Source of the DNA: Octopus vulgaris
Lineage: Eukaryota
NCBI GenBank assembly: GCA_951406725.2
Contig: OX597815.1
Location: forward strand, 91,884,001 to 91,948,000
Length of the DNA: 64,000 nucleotides
Direction: 5' to 3'
Part shown: positions 13,955-27,464 of the stretch, in pieces
Layout of the letters: the number at the start of each line of letters is the position of its first letter
Numbering within the stretch: the first letter of the stretch is position 1
The notes under the pieces: model-generated
Told to the model about the DNA's origin: nothing
Seen by the model: the letters and a program-made list of their open reading frames with translations, nothing else
Databases searched by the model: none
Translations under genes and position numbers: made by a program

Positions 13955-14760
13955 ATATATAAACTGGAGTAAGAACATAAATATGAAACAAGGTGGAAAA
14001 AAGATTACTCAAATACCAGTGGTAGAGTAATATACTTTATTTAAAAGCAGCAGAAATATAACAAAAGCTGTTACTCACTTTCACGTTCCTGTTCGTCGGA
14101 CAGTTTTTTTTTTAACAAAACTTCCACCGAACAGGAACATGAAACTCTGAGTAACAGCTTTTGTTATATTTCTGCAGCTTTTAAATAAAGCATATTATTG
14201 TTGTTATTGCTGGCGATGGTACTGCCATTGGTTCTGTTTGTGTCTCTTCTGCTGCTGCTGTAGTAGCCATTGGGGAAGCTGCTGATGTTGTTGCTGCTGT
14301 TAGGGTCAGCCAGTACCTCAGCTTCATAGATGACTCCTTTGGTTTTGCAGTGGCCTCTCACTGGACATCTGTTGTGGTCCCTGCCTCCGCTTGTGGTTTT
14401 GGGGTGCTAACTAGAATCCTATTAGTATTGGGGGACACAGCTAAAAGAGGTCTTAAGGTTGTGCCTGTTTAAAATACATCTGTACTTATGTGAATGTGTG
14501 AAATGTTTATCTATTAACTTAAGGAATATCCTACCTACAGACGTTTTTATGTTAAGCGAAAAGGTGGAGCAACCCAAATAATATTTCTGCAATGCTTCAT
14601 TCTACGGATATTGGGGCCCAGCATGTAGGAGATGCTGTCCCTAAATCTGCTACCAGCTAGAGCCTCATTACAGTAGGGGTTGCTGCATCAAAAATCTCTT
14701 GGCTGGAGGAAAGGTTCATGATTCTCTTGCTAACATCCTTCACCAGGTTTTTTAACACAA
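13955..14760 (-). mobile_element. Penelope-like element fragment (thumb/linker and GIY-YIG start) with inverted pseudo-LTR; duplicated at ~19973-20780
   Basis: Minus-strand peptides RNIIW...NIKTSVGRIFLKLIDKHF...KYRCILNRHNLK.SFSC and CPVRGHCKTKGVIYEAEV. Inverted repeat 14028-14095 / 14128-14197. Confidence 0.8.
14068..14103 (-). ncRNA. Degenerate minimal type I hammerhead ribozyme (U4C variant)
   Basis: Minus strand: CTGT-CCGACGA-ACAGGAACGT-GAAA-GTGAG-TA-ACAG, with stem I CTGT/ACAG. The opposite arm retains an intact stem III (GAAACTCTGAGTA). Confidence 0.5.
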
Positions 14761-14771
14761 TGGATGAGTGC

Positions 14772-14809
<38 letters not shown>

Positions 14810-14864
14810 TCATCATCATCATCATCATCATATATATATATATATATGCATGTTTGTATGTATA

Positions 14865-15192
14865 TATAAATGTTTTAAATATTATTTTATAGTCAAAAGT
14901 ATGCAAGTTAAAAAGATTTTATACGCAGATCAAGGTCAGTACTGTTGCCTAGTATTTAAGGGTTAAGACCTCTTCCTCAGAAATCTACAGAGAAAAGGTG
15001 TTGATAGCTGCAGTCTCTGCTCTGTAGTATGTGTCACTTATCAACACCTTTTCTCCATAGATTTTTCTGAAGATACAGTTCTAACCTTAAAATATTAAAA
15101 TACCAGGTAATAGTACTAATCATTGACCTGTATTTTTAATTTTTTAACTTGCATTATTTTGACCTTAAAAAATATTCAAAGCATTCATATAA
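14865..15192. repeat. Diverged fold-back inverted repeat (~140-150 bp arms) between (TA)n tracts; duplicated at ~20872-21200
   Basis: AGAAAAGGTGTTGATA / TATCAACACCTTTTCT and ATGCAAGTTAAAAA / TTTTTAACTTGCAT are reverse complements. Confidence 0.75.
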
Positions 15193-15204
15193 TATAATAT
15201 GATA

Positions 15205-15286
<82 letters not shown>

Positions 15287-16139
15287 GACAATGCTTTATG
15301 AAAACTATACTATTTTAATATTCTACTCTAATATATGTACACTCTCACACACACACACAAACACACACGCACGCACAGATATTTGTCCAATGTACTCAAC
15401 ATCTTACCAATTGAGAAAATAAATTGCTGTACCATCGCATAATTCTATAAACTATATTAAAACCATATTATACCCCAACCCTCAAGTACCAATAAATAAC
15501 ATAGAATTCTTAAGAAGTGATTTAATGAGTCTTCCTCCTCCAGCCTGCCATCTTTCAGAAAAAAGAATTATTTTTTCATAAGCGCTTTCTTTCAAAAGTC
15601 TTCGTCTTATAATTAATTCATATTTAATTCCCCCCTTTCATGTTTGTTTGTTTCTTTATTTGTAGTTTTTGTTTTATTTTAATTTTGTTACATTTTCAAT
15701 TTAATTGTGTTTTGTGTTATTTTTGCGGGGGGGGGGGTATTTTTTTCTTTCTTTCTAATTTCTTAATGATTAACTATTTCATTTTCTAGTTGCAGCTTTA
15801 ATTCAAATTTCAATCTATCAGCACTTACCAATTTGGCTAATAGTTTGTTCTAATCAGGAATTTTAATAGCACTTGACTTTCAATTATTTTTGACCGGAAT
15901 TTTGCTGGAAATTTGAAAGAAGAGCAAAGGTTAAAATTCTTCAAGACTCTTTCAATTAGAGAACAAAACAATTCATTTGAGTGTGCCATTGAAAGTAATA
16001 TGTTTTCTGTGTCAATTTTACATTTGCTTTTCAACCATGTTTCTGTAACTAAATATATTGACCAGGTGTGATCAACATTAATATACTTTGTCATGAATTG
16101 GTAAAAGTGGTGTTAAAATAACATTGCATGAAATAATAG

Positions 16140-16365
16140 TCATGGCCAATGCCAGTGTCATGTAAACGGCACCCATGCCAGTGGCACATAAAATGCACCC
16201 ATTACACTCTTAGATTGGTTGACATTAGGAAGAGCATCCAGTGATAGAAGCCATGCCAAATCAGACTGGTACTTGGAGCAGCTCTCTGGCTTACCAGTTT
16301 CAGTCAAACCATCTAACTCATGCTAGCAAGGAAAGCAGATGCTAAATGATGATGATGATGATGAC
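16140..16365 (+). mobile_element. RTE-type 3' UTR fragment with (GAT)n tail (second copy at ~22150-22375)
   Basis: GTGGCACATAAAATGCACCCATTACACTC...CATGCTAGCAAGGAAAGCAGATGCTAAAT(GAT)n is the same family as 57100-57400. Confidence 0.7.
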
Positions 16366-16599
16366 AACGATGACAATAATGATAACAATGATGATGAGAG
16401 CAATAAGTAGCAAGAATAACAAGCCCCTACACAGTCCCTCAACCAGCTAGAAATAACATCCAAATCTTTTCCAAACCATACCCTCCTGTCTACAAAAACA
16501 AAAAAATTAGATAATGTATCCTTAGACATATGTCTGAAGAACAAAAAGCAGGAAGAGTGTTCATGAGAGAAGTTCCTTTGGTCATAGGTTTGCTTGATC

Positions 16600-16699
16600 N
16601 NNNNNNNNNNNNNNNNNNNNNNNNNNNNNNNNNNNNNNNNNNNNNNNNNNNNNNNNNNNNNNNNNNNNNNNNNNNNNNNNNNNNNNNNNNNNNNNNNNN
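16600..16699. other. Assembly gap (100 N)
   Basis: Run of exactly 100 N. Confidence 1.
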
Positions 16700-18164
16700 G
16701 GGGCAGCCCCTGGCTCCCCAAACCCCGGTCGAACCGTCCAACCCGTGCTAGCGTGGAAAACGGACGTTAAACGATGATGATGATGATGATATATATATAT
16801 ATATTCTTGCCTAGGATATTGTTTGGAAACCATTCAGCGACATGAAACCAAGAAGAGAATACCCTCCATCAGGCATTTGCAATATTCTGAATGCCTTACT
16901 TCCCTGGGCATGGATACGTTGAAACACCAACATCTGGCAACTGACTTGGCAGACACCCATAAAATTATTAACCATCTTACTAACAATAATTCTGAGCACC
17001 TTTTCAAACTCCACCTGTCTAACACCCGTGGACATGTTTACAAAGTCAGAAGATAGCACAGCTTCCATGACTTTCGGAAACATTTTTTCACGTTAAGATT
17101 TGCTGAAGTATGGAATAAACTGCCGGCATCAGTTGTTAGTTGTTGGAGCACTGCATCCTTCAAAACTTCCATACTTCCTGAGATTCGCCAACACTACACC
17201 TGATTTTCTCCCCTTCATACACACGTATGTATGTATCTGACTCTTACACAGTTCACTTTCCAGACATTTGTACATTACTGCATATGCTTTATACACACTT
17301 TTGACAAGTTGTAGTGCATCTGAGCACTGTATACAATAATTTCATTATTATATTATTATATAAATATACATATACATATACACACTCATGTATATATAAA
17401 TATATACGTACATACATACATATACCATGCATGTATGTAGGTATAAATTTTTATGAGAAAATGTCAGGTAAATCTTGTTAGCAATTTAAAATAATACTGT
17501 TCTTTTATAGGAAGGTAAATATATTTCAGTTCACACTTTTACTCATATTTTGAAATGTTTACTTTTCCATGTTGACATAGATTCGGCTTCTAACAACACT
17601 AACGATCTCTCAAATTATATCTAAAGATTTTATTTTATTTTTAAACAACCTAAGTAAACTAAATCTTTCTGTATTATAACTTCTATTCCAACCAAATAAA
17701 ATTAAAATGTGTAACTTGGGACATAAAAATCATTTAAATTTAATAGCTTATCAGATTTAACAGAAAAACTCCACTACATTCTTCCAAAAAAAAAATCTTT
17801 TACCAAGGAATATAAAAGGAGGAGCAGGATAACGTATATACATATATAAATTGAAAAATTCTTGCTTGTTTCCATTTTTCTTGTCAAACCCATCACCTAG
17901 CAAATAATAGCATATTTCTGAAACTTTCAATGTACATTTTATTCTAAGAATTTTGAATGGATGAATTTGAAGTTAAATTCAAATATTCTTTAAAAATCAA
18001 ATCATTTTCTTTAAGGTTTTTTTTTCCTTTCTGAGGTGAGGCATTATTTATATGTCTTGGTATGAGACAAATCTTATAGGATCATCATTCAATATAAACA
18101 ACTTTTTTCGTTTGTTGCAAAACACACTCTCTCTTTCTCTCTCTTTATAAATGTATATAAATTG

Positions 18165-18212
<48 letters not shown>

Positions 18213-19420
18213 TCTTTACTCTCTTTTACTCTTTTACTTGTCCATTATCCCTTAGATGGTTGCATAACCTCTAACTTATATATAGGCACAGGGATGGCTG
18301 TGTGGTAAGTAGCTTGCTCACCAACCACATGGTCCTAGATTCAGTCCCACTGCATGGCACCTTGGGCAACTGTGTCTTCTACTATAGCTTCAGGCCAACC
18401 AAAACCTTATGAGTGGATTTGGTAGACAGAAACTGGAAGAAGCCCGTCGTATATGTATATATATGTATATGTATGTATGTGTTTGTGTGTCTGTTTGTCT
18501 CCCCAACATTGACAACCAATGCTGGTGTGTTTACATCCCTGTAACTTAGCAGTTCAACAAAAGAGACTGATAGAATAAGTACTAGGCTTACAAAGAATAA
18601 GCTGTGGGGTCAATTTACTCAACTAAAGGCAGTTCTCCAGCATGGCCACAGTCAAATGACTGAAACAAGTAAAAAGACTAAAAGAGTGTGTGTGTACATA
18701 TATATATATGGCCCAGTGATTAGGGCAGCAGACTCGTGGTCGTAGGATCGCGGTTTCGATTCCCAGACCGGGCGTTGTGAGTGTTTATTGAGCAAAAACA
18801 CCTAAAGCTCCACAAGGCTCCGGCAGTGGGGTGGCGATCCCTGCTGTAGTCTTTCGCCACAACTTTCTCTCACTCTTTCTTCTGTTGGCCTGCTCACTTA
18901 GCCAGCGGGGTGGCGTCATTTGATGGCTAAAACAATGCGAAGCGCATTGTGACCAGCGATGTGTAGCAACATCTGATAGCCTGGTCGGTCACGGTGATCA
19001 CAGTGATATATATATGAAACAATATAGACAGATAATGTTTGATGTATCTCAGGCAACATGGTTATGGTATATAGTAAAGAAAGACAACAGAGTAATGCTG
19101 TTAGTAGGGGAGGTTAGGAAGGTAAAGCAGGAGGATGAAATATTGTAACTGAATAAGGGGAAATTAAAAGTAATTAAAAACAAGACAAATGAAGGTGAAA
19201 AGATGAAAAAGTGTCTGTTTCCTTGTCTTCACATTTACCACTCTTTCTCTTCATATACACACATACATATATCAGGCGTGACTGTGTGGTAAGAAGCATG
19301 CTTCCCAGTTGCATAGTTCCAGGTTCAGTCCCACTGTACGGCACCTTGGGCATGTGTCTTCTGTTATAGCCTTTAGCTTTGTAAGTGGATTTGGTAGATG
19401 GAAATTAAAAGAAGCCTCTC

Positions 19421-19495
<75 letters not shown>

Positions 19496-21212
19496 ATACA
19501 ATACACACACACACACACACATATATGTATGTATGTATACATTCATGAGTGTGCATTTGTATTTATTCCCCCACCACATATATATATATATATATATATA
19601 TTTGTGTCTGTGTTTGTTTTCCCACCGTTGCTTGACAACTGATGCTGGTGGGTCTATATCCCCATAACTTAGCAGTTCAGCAAAAGACACCAACAGAATA
19701 AGTACTAGGCTTACAAAGAATATGTCCTGGGTCAATTTCTTTAACTACAACTCTTTAAGGCATTGCTCCAGCATGGCCACAGTCAGATGACTAAAATAAG
19801 TAAAAGAATAAAAGAATGTATATATATATTCTTTAGTCGAACAAATCGACCCCAAGACTTATTCTTTGTAAACCTAGTACTTATTCTATCAGACTCTTTT
19901 GCTGAACTGCTAAGTTACGGGTATGTAAACACCCCAACATCAGTTGTCAAGCGGCGGTGGGGTAACAGATACATATATAAACTGGAGTAAGAACATAAAT
20001 ATGAAACAAGGTGGAAAAAAGATTACTCAAATACCAGTGGTAGAGTAATATACTTTATTTAAAAGCAGCAGAAATATAACAAAAGCTGTTACTCACTTTC
20101 ACGTTCCTGTTCGTCGGACAGTTTTTTTTTTAACAAAACTTCCACCGAACAGGAACATGAAACTCTGAGTAACAGCTTTTGTTATATTTCTGCAGCTTTT
20201 AAATAAAGCATATTATTGTTGTTATTGCTGGCGATGGTACTGCCATTGGTTCTGTTTGTGTCTCTTCTGCTGCTGCTGTAGTAGCCATTGGGGAAGCTGC
20301 TGATGTTGTTGCTGCTGTTAGGGTCAGCCAGTACCTCAGCTTCATAGATGACTCCTTTGGTTTTGCAGTGGCCTCTCACTGGACATCTGTTGTGGTCCCT
20401 GCCTCCGCTTGTGGTTTTGGGGTGCTAACTAGAATCCTATTAGTATTGGGGGGCACAGCTAAAAGAGGTCTTAAGGTTGTGCCTGTTTAAAATACATCTG
20501 TACTTATGTGAATGTGTGAAATGTTTATCTATTAACTTAAGGAATATCCTACCTACAGACGTTTTTTATGTTAAGAGAAAAGGTGGAGCAACCCAAATAA
20601 TATTTCTGCAATGCTTCATTCTACGGATATTGGGGCCCAGCATGTAGGAGATGCTGTCCCTAAATCTGCTACCAGCTAGAGCCTCATTACAGTAGGGGTT
20701 GCTGCATCAAAAATCTCTTGGCTGGAGGAAAGGTTCATGATTCTCTTGCTAACATCCTTCACCAGGTTTTTTAACACAATGGATGAGTGCGTATATATAT
20801 ATATATATATATATCATCATCATCATCATCATCATCATATATATATATATATATGCATGTTTGTATGTATATATAAATGTTTTAAATATTATTTTATAGT
20901 CAAAAGTATGCAAGTTAAAAAGATTTTATACGCAGATCAAGGTCAGTACTGCTGCCTAGTATTTAAGGGTTAAGACCTCTTCCTCAGGAAATCTACAGAG
21001 AAAAGGTGTTGATAGCTGCAGTCTCTGCTCTGTAGTATGTGTCACTTATCAACACCTTTTCTCCATAGATTTTTCTGAAGATACAGTTCTAACCTTAAAA
21101 TATTAAAATACCAGGTAATAGTACTAATCATTGACCTGTATTTTTAATTTTTTAACTTGCATTATTTTGACCTTAAAAAATATTCAAAGCATTCATATAA
21201 TATAATATGATA

Positions 21213-21296
<84 letters not shown>

Positions 21297-22610
21297 GACA
21301 ATGCTTTATGAAAACTATACTATTTTAATATTCTACTCTAATATATGTACACTCTCACACACACACACAAACACACACGCACGCACAGATATTTGTCCAA
21401 TGTACTCAACATCTTACCAATTGAGAAAATAAATTGCTGTACCATCGCATAATTCTATAAACTATATTAAAACCATATTATACCCCAACCCTCAAGTACC
21501 AATAAATAACATAGAATTCTTAAGAAGTGATTTAATGAGTCTTCCTCCTCCAGCCTGCCATCTTTCAGAAAAAAGAATTATTTTTTCATAAGCGCTTTCT
21601 TTCAAAAGTCTTCGTCTTATAATTAATTCATATTTAATTCCCCCTTTCATGTTTGTTTGTTTCTTTATTTGTAGTTTTTGTTTTATTTTAATTTTGTTAC
21701 ATTTTCAATTTAATTGTGTTTTGTGTTATTTTTGCGGGGGGGGGGGGTATTTTTTTCTTTCTTTCTAATTTCTTAATGATTAACTATTTCATTTTCTAGT
21801 TGCAGCTTTAATTCAAATTTCAATCTATCAGCACTTACCAATTTGGCTAATAGTTTGTTCTAATCAGGAATTTTAATAGCACTTGACTTTCAATTATTTT
21901 TGACCGGAATTTTGCTGGAAATTTGAAAGAAGAGCAAAGGTTAAAATTCTTCAAGACTCTTTCAATTAGAGAACAAAACAATTCATTTGAGTGTGCCATT
22001 GAAAGTAATATGTTTTCTGTGTCAATTTTACATTTGCTTTTCAACCATGTTTCTGTAACTAAATATATTGACCAGGTGTGATCAACATTAATATACTTTG
22101 TCATGAATTGGTAAAAGTGGTGTTAAAATAACATTGCATGAAATAATAGTCATGGCCAATGCCAGTGTCATGTAAACGGCACCCATGCCAGTGGCACATA
22201 AAATGCACCCATTACACTCTTAGATTGGTTGACATTAGGAAGAGCATCCAGTGATAGAAGCCATGCCAAATCAGACTGGTACTTGGAGCAGCTCTCTGGC
22301 TTACCAGTTTCAGTCAAACCATCTAACTCATGCTAGCAAGGAAAGCAGATGCTAAATGATGATGATGATGATGACAACGATGACAATAATGATAACAATG
22401 ATGATGAGAGCAATAAGTAGCAAGAATAACAAGCCCCTACACAGTCCCTCAACCAGCTAGAAATAACATCCAAATCTTTTCCAAACCATACCCTCCTGTC
22501 TACAAAAACAAAAAAAAATAGATAATGTATCCTTAGACATATGTCTGAAGAACAAAAAGCAGGAAGAGTGTTCATGAGAGAAGTTCCTTTGGTCATAGGT
22601 TTGCTTGATC
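16700..22610. repeat. Copy 2 of the 5.9-kb tandem duplication
   Basis: Begins at the first base after the gap with GGGGCAGCCCC (= 10681) and ends with TTGCTTGATC (= 16599). Confidence 0.95.
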
Positions 22611-22767
22611 AGGTCTAACCTGAAACTAAAACTATCAACAACAGCAGCAGTAATAGCAATAGCTACAATAACTACAACAACTACAGCAACAACAGTAAGG
22701 CTATAAATAAGTATTTCCTTGCAAAAGCACAAGGCCAAAAATTTTACTGACGGACATAAAGAATTAA

Positions 22768-22977
22768 CCCTTCAGCATTTTAACTGGCCAAATCCAGCTG
22801 AAATATTCTTCCTGTTTTATGTTCAAACTGACCCGATCTAGCCTCTCACACCTACCCTATTCTAAAGCTAAATAACACATCATTGAATCTTGAAACTATG
22901 AGATAATGCATGATTAATTCAAAGCAATTTGAATAAATAAGCATTACATGTGGCAGAGTAATCTGACTGCCAAAGAG
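22768..22977. mobile_element. piggyBac-like MITE with TTAA target duplication
   Basis: TTAA-CCCTTCAGCA ... TGCCAAAGAG-TTAA. Confidence 0.6.
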
Positions 22978-23399
22978 TTAAATCATTCAGTACATAACTT
23001 GTCAGTCACTATTTTATGCATCCTGTAAGTCAACCACTTGGTCAGTTTGGGACACAGAACATAAAGAGGGGCAAGTAAGTACAGCAAGGTATTTTCTCCA
23101 GTACACCACATATTCTACCACCACTACATTGACTTCAACAGGGGAACAGCAACAATGGCAACAGTAGCAATTTCAAATGTAACAGGAAACAATAAAAACA
23201 ACAACAAAAGCAACAATAACAACAATAAACAAAAGCAACAACTTTTATAACAGTAATAAAAATACCATGAAACTGTGGAATACTGCTGCCACATTTGGGA
23301 CAGTGATGCTGCTAGACACACATACATCTGCACCCAAAGAAGGTCATCTGACTGGTTGTTAGAACTGTATTAGCTACATAGTATATGCTTTATGAAATT

Positions 23400-24230
23400 T
23401 ATTTAATGTACTACTGGGTTCAAATCCACCTATGAATATATATGTAAATAACTCCTAAGGCATGAGAGGCTTTCTGGGTTGATGCTTAACTTCAGGAGAT
23501 TAGCAATAGATTTCCTAAGACCTGTGATGTGTTCAGAAAGCTTGATCATAAGGTTCTGGTCATAATCAAACATGAAAGTAGAAGGTTGAAATCTATCAAG
23601 CATGTGTCATAACAGCACTATTGCATGGATGTCAACCCAGGATGACCTACTGTCAAGTATATCCAAAATCTTGAGTGATTCTATGAGTGATACTTGTGTA
23701 ATAGACTGAATATCTCATGGTGATCTTATGTACTTCATACAAGAGTAACGCAGCTGGTGAAAATGAAAAGTATCAAATCCACAATTATGAAACACTAACA
23801 TAGATGATCTGGTCATCTTTTATATTGCGAGGAAACTTACATACCTAAACAGGTGTTGTTTGGTGAGCTTGGTCATGGAAGATATCCCTGGGGCAAGCCA
23901 CACAAGTGTTTCAAAGACAATCTTAAAACACATTTAAAAAAATCAATATCAATATCAAAGCCTGAGAAAGTCTTGCATCAGCCAGGGAGCAGTGGAAGTA
24001 TTTGATTGCTAATAGTATTAAAGAATTTAAAAACAACAGAATTGCATACACTGAGTTGAAACATCCTAATAAATATGGTAAATATATGGAGGATGTGAAC
24101 CCTCGTCCTGAGGAGGATATGAAAGAGCCTTTCTCATGTGATCAGTATGGTCATGTCTGCTCCTCAAAGACAGGCCTACTCAGCCACAAATGTGGTCATG
24201 GGAGCACCCCATCTATCAATGTGATATTTA
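23400..24230 (+). pseudogene. Old RTE-type LINE C-terminal fragment with a C2H2-like finger
   Basis: GKPHKCFKDNLKT, ESLASAREQWKYLI and FSCDQYGHVCSSKTGLLSHK. Confidence 0.55.
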
Positions 24231-24652
24231 GCATGATCTTTTGTGCACCTTGTGTAGCAGATTGTGTGGGTTAGCCAGTGGACTCACTTGGTATTGTACA
24301 TCCCAACATTCAGATGGTTTGGTTGCTGGGGGCAGGGGCTGATACGTAGTCTGTGTGGAATGATTTCTATGTTCCTTGCAGGCCTTAGGAGCTATGTGAG
24401 ATATCATCAGCAATGAAGAGACCAAATTGGGAAGTTTCTTAGAATGAAATGAGTCTAGGAGTTGGTCTTACTCAGTCATGAGTGAACTCCCACCATGTGT
24501 GTGTGTGTGTGTGTATAAACACACACACATATATATGTATGCATGTTTGTGTGTGCATGTATATAATATATTACATTACATTTATATATATGTGCATGTG
24601 TGTATATATGTTTGCATATATATGGATAGAAAAAAGATGTATAGAGTTATAT

Positions 24653-24706
<54 letters not shown>

Positions 24707-25645
24707 TTATATATACATACATTTATATATACACACACACATATATGTATGTATGTATATGTATGAGTGTATAGATTTGTATGTATACATATATATATTA
24801 TACAAAAACAACAACTGTAATATGTAAGACAAAAATATGATGATGGTTGTTGCTGAGATGAAGTTATCTGAGAGATATATCATTTGCTTGACGATGCAGT
24901 TATTATATTAACATAGAAATGAAAGAAAAAATATATATATACAAATATAAGCAGAGAAGAAATGTATTCTTGTAAATTGAGAATCTTTCTTATAGTTGAA
25001 AAATATCCTTCTTTCTCAGATTAAATTTTGTCCATTTCCACTACTGCAGACAGAAATCTCAGAACCAATAATATATTTTCTTTCCATTTCTCATTTTAGA
25101 ATTTAGTTCCAGTTCTATACAGAATAAAATAACTGGTTAAGAAAAGAAAATAATTATATACATTATATATATGTACACACACAGACATATATATATATGT
25201 GTGTGCATGCGTGTTTACATATGCATATATATATGTGTGTGTGTACACACACACACACATATATATGCACATTCATCTATACATGATAACCAGCAGTGCA
25301 TAACAACATCCATTAGTCTAGTCGATACACTGAGATATATATATATATATATGTGCATGTGTGTATATATGTGTGTGTGTGTGTATATATGTATGTAAAT
25401 ATATGTATGTATATATATATATATATATGTATATATATCTATATATATATATGTATGTATATGTATGTATGTATGTATATATATGTATGTATATGTATGT
25501 ATGTATATATATGTATGTATGTATATATATGTATGTATATGTATGTATGCATATATATATATATGTGTGTGTGTGTGTGTACGTATGTATATGTATGTAT
25601 ATGTATGAATGTATGTATATATATATAATATATATACACACATAG

Positions 25646-25691
<46 letters not shown>

Positions 25692-25938
25692 CACTCACAC
25701 ACACATATACATATATATGCATGTGTGTGTGTGTAGACATACATACATACGTGTGTGTGAGTGCACATTTGTTTATCCTGAGCAAATGAGGGAGGAATGC
25801 TTAATACATGTTGTAAGGGATATGATAATTTTTTATTAAAACTGAAACTGAGAGTTTTTGTCATTGAGTTTCACACCACGGTGATCTTTAGGCAAGAACT
25901 GTTACAGCTGAATATTGGAGGTGTATTTACAACCTTTT

Positions 25939-25975
<37 letters not shown>

Positions 25976-26261
25976 TATGCATGCATAGGTGTAAGGTTTT
26001 AAATAAATGTTCATTAGAAAAGTTGTTATTGAAGGGGTTATTTAAAAAAGGTAATTAAGGACATCTCTATTAGCTATATCCCTAATTAATGGTATCTTTC
26101 ACTGCTGAGTGATTTTAAGGATTTTGTGAATAAATGATATATGTTCTTTTGTGGACTTTGATTTCTATGGTTTTGAGAAAAATATCTTGGTGTATGTATC
26201 TATGTGTGTAAATTTACACGTGACAGTTTGTATTTCTTTAGAGGTTTGTTTTTTGGCATAT

Positions 26262-26487
26262 TCTTTTATTCTTTTAATTATTTCAGTCGTTTGACTGTGG
26301 CCATGCTGGAGCACCACCTTAAAGGGTTTCTTAGTCAAAGAAATCAACCCCAGGACTTATTCTTTGTAAGCCTAGTACTTACTGTATTGGCCTCTTTTAC
26401 TGAACCACTAAATTTCATGGATATAAACACAACATTGGTTGTCAAGTGATGGTAGGGGGACAAACAGACACAAAAATGCACGCATAA

Positions 26488-26555
<68 letters not shown>

Positions 26556-26691
26556 ACCTTATTTCAGTTTCCATCTATCAAATCCACTCACAAGGCTTTG
26601 GTCGCCCCGAGGCTATAGTAGGAGACACTTGGCCAAAGTTCCACACAGTGGGACTGAACCCAGAACCATGTGGTTGGGAAGCAAGCTTCTT
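26262..26691 (-). mobile_element. SINE body, interrupted near its 5' end by an L1/Tx1-type insertion (head resumes at 28730-28762)
   Basis: The SINE sequence runs to GGTTGGGAAGCAAGCTTCTT and resumes as GAAGCAAGCTTCTTAACACACAGCCATGCCTG at 28730. Confidence 0.9.
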
Positions 26692-26984
26692 TATTTCATT
26701 AAATTTGCCACAAGGGCAGCACACAGAGAGAAGCTTGGGGGCTAGACAGAGATATTAATGGGATGAATGATGATGATATATGGATGATAAGAATGGAAGA
26801 ACACGAAAAGCGCCCGCCGACTTTCGCTTCTCTAAAACATTGTTCTTTTTTTTTCTTTTTTTTTTTTAAAACAATGAGGCAATAAACCTCTTACACAGTT
26901 CAAAATTAAAAATAAAACACAAACACGAGGCAATAATCCTCTCACTTTTTACATTTTTAGTCTCTTTTGAGGTAATACACCTCT

Positions 26985-27455
26985 TCAATGTTTCCGCCCG
27001 GCCAGGCTCCTCGCTACATCGAAGCACCTGGTCCGTTCCGAACTTAAAGGTTTCAACATAAATCTGAAGGAATCCTTCGGGAAGGAGTTCATTATCTTCC
27101 GTAGATCGTTCTCCCATATGATCTCCACAGCCACCTGCGAAGGCCACTCAGGGTCCTCCGTGTAGGACAGAAGCTCCTCCCACCGGCACTTCCTTTCAAT
27201 TTTTTTAATTTCATTTTGCAAGGTTCCTCCCTTGTGGAAGAGAACCAAAAATTCCTCCTCCAGCAGCACACCCGCCAAAGGAGAATCGGGACACGCCGGC
27301 AGCGTGTCACAACCCGCCGGCAATGTCCCGTTTTTCTTTTTTCTTTTCTTTTTCCCTTGGGCTGCGGGAGGGTGGTGTTCCCTTGTTGTGTCCAGCAGGT
27401 CCTCCTTTTCTCCTGCAGCTCTCGGGTTCTTCAGTGGGCAACCATTGTTGCCCAC
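26985..27455 (-). pseudogene. Probable frameshifted C-terminal continuation of ORF1
   Basis: Begins 10 nt after the ORF1 stop, which lies in an A-run. Has a basic KKKRKKK segment and a globular-looking tail, with no endonuclease or RT motif. Confidence 0.45.
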
Positions 27456-27464
27456 CTTTCGCTT

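Larger units (their letters stand above)
10681..16599. repeat. Copy 1 of a 5.9-kb tandem duplication flanking an assembly gap
   Basis: Essentially identical to 16700-22610. Confidence 0.95.

Noticed and set aside
15790-16094. Possible host exon (acceptor-like TTTTCTAG at 15789; 85-aa minus-strand ORF; minus-strand GTAAGT near 15828)
   Set aside because: All frames hit stops before a usable donor and the peptides are unrecognisable. RNA-seq would be needed.
24108-24130. CTGAGGA...GAAA hammerhead-like spacing
   Set aside because: Only 6 nt between the core halves, no stems, and it lies inside an RTE coding remnant.
24478-25864. YI/HT/CV-rich ORFs here and throughout the window
   Set aside because: Translations of (TA)n, (CA)n and (TATG)n tracts.
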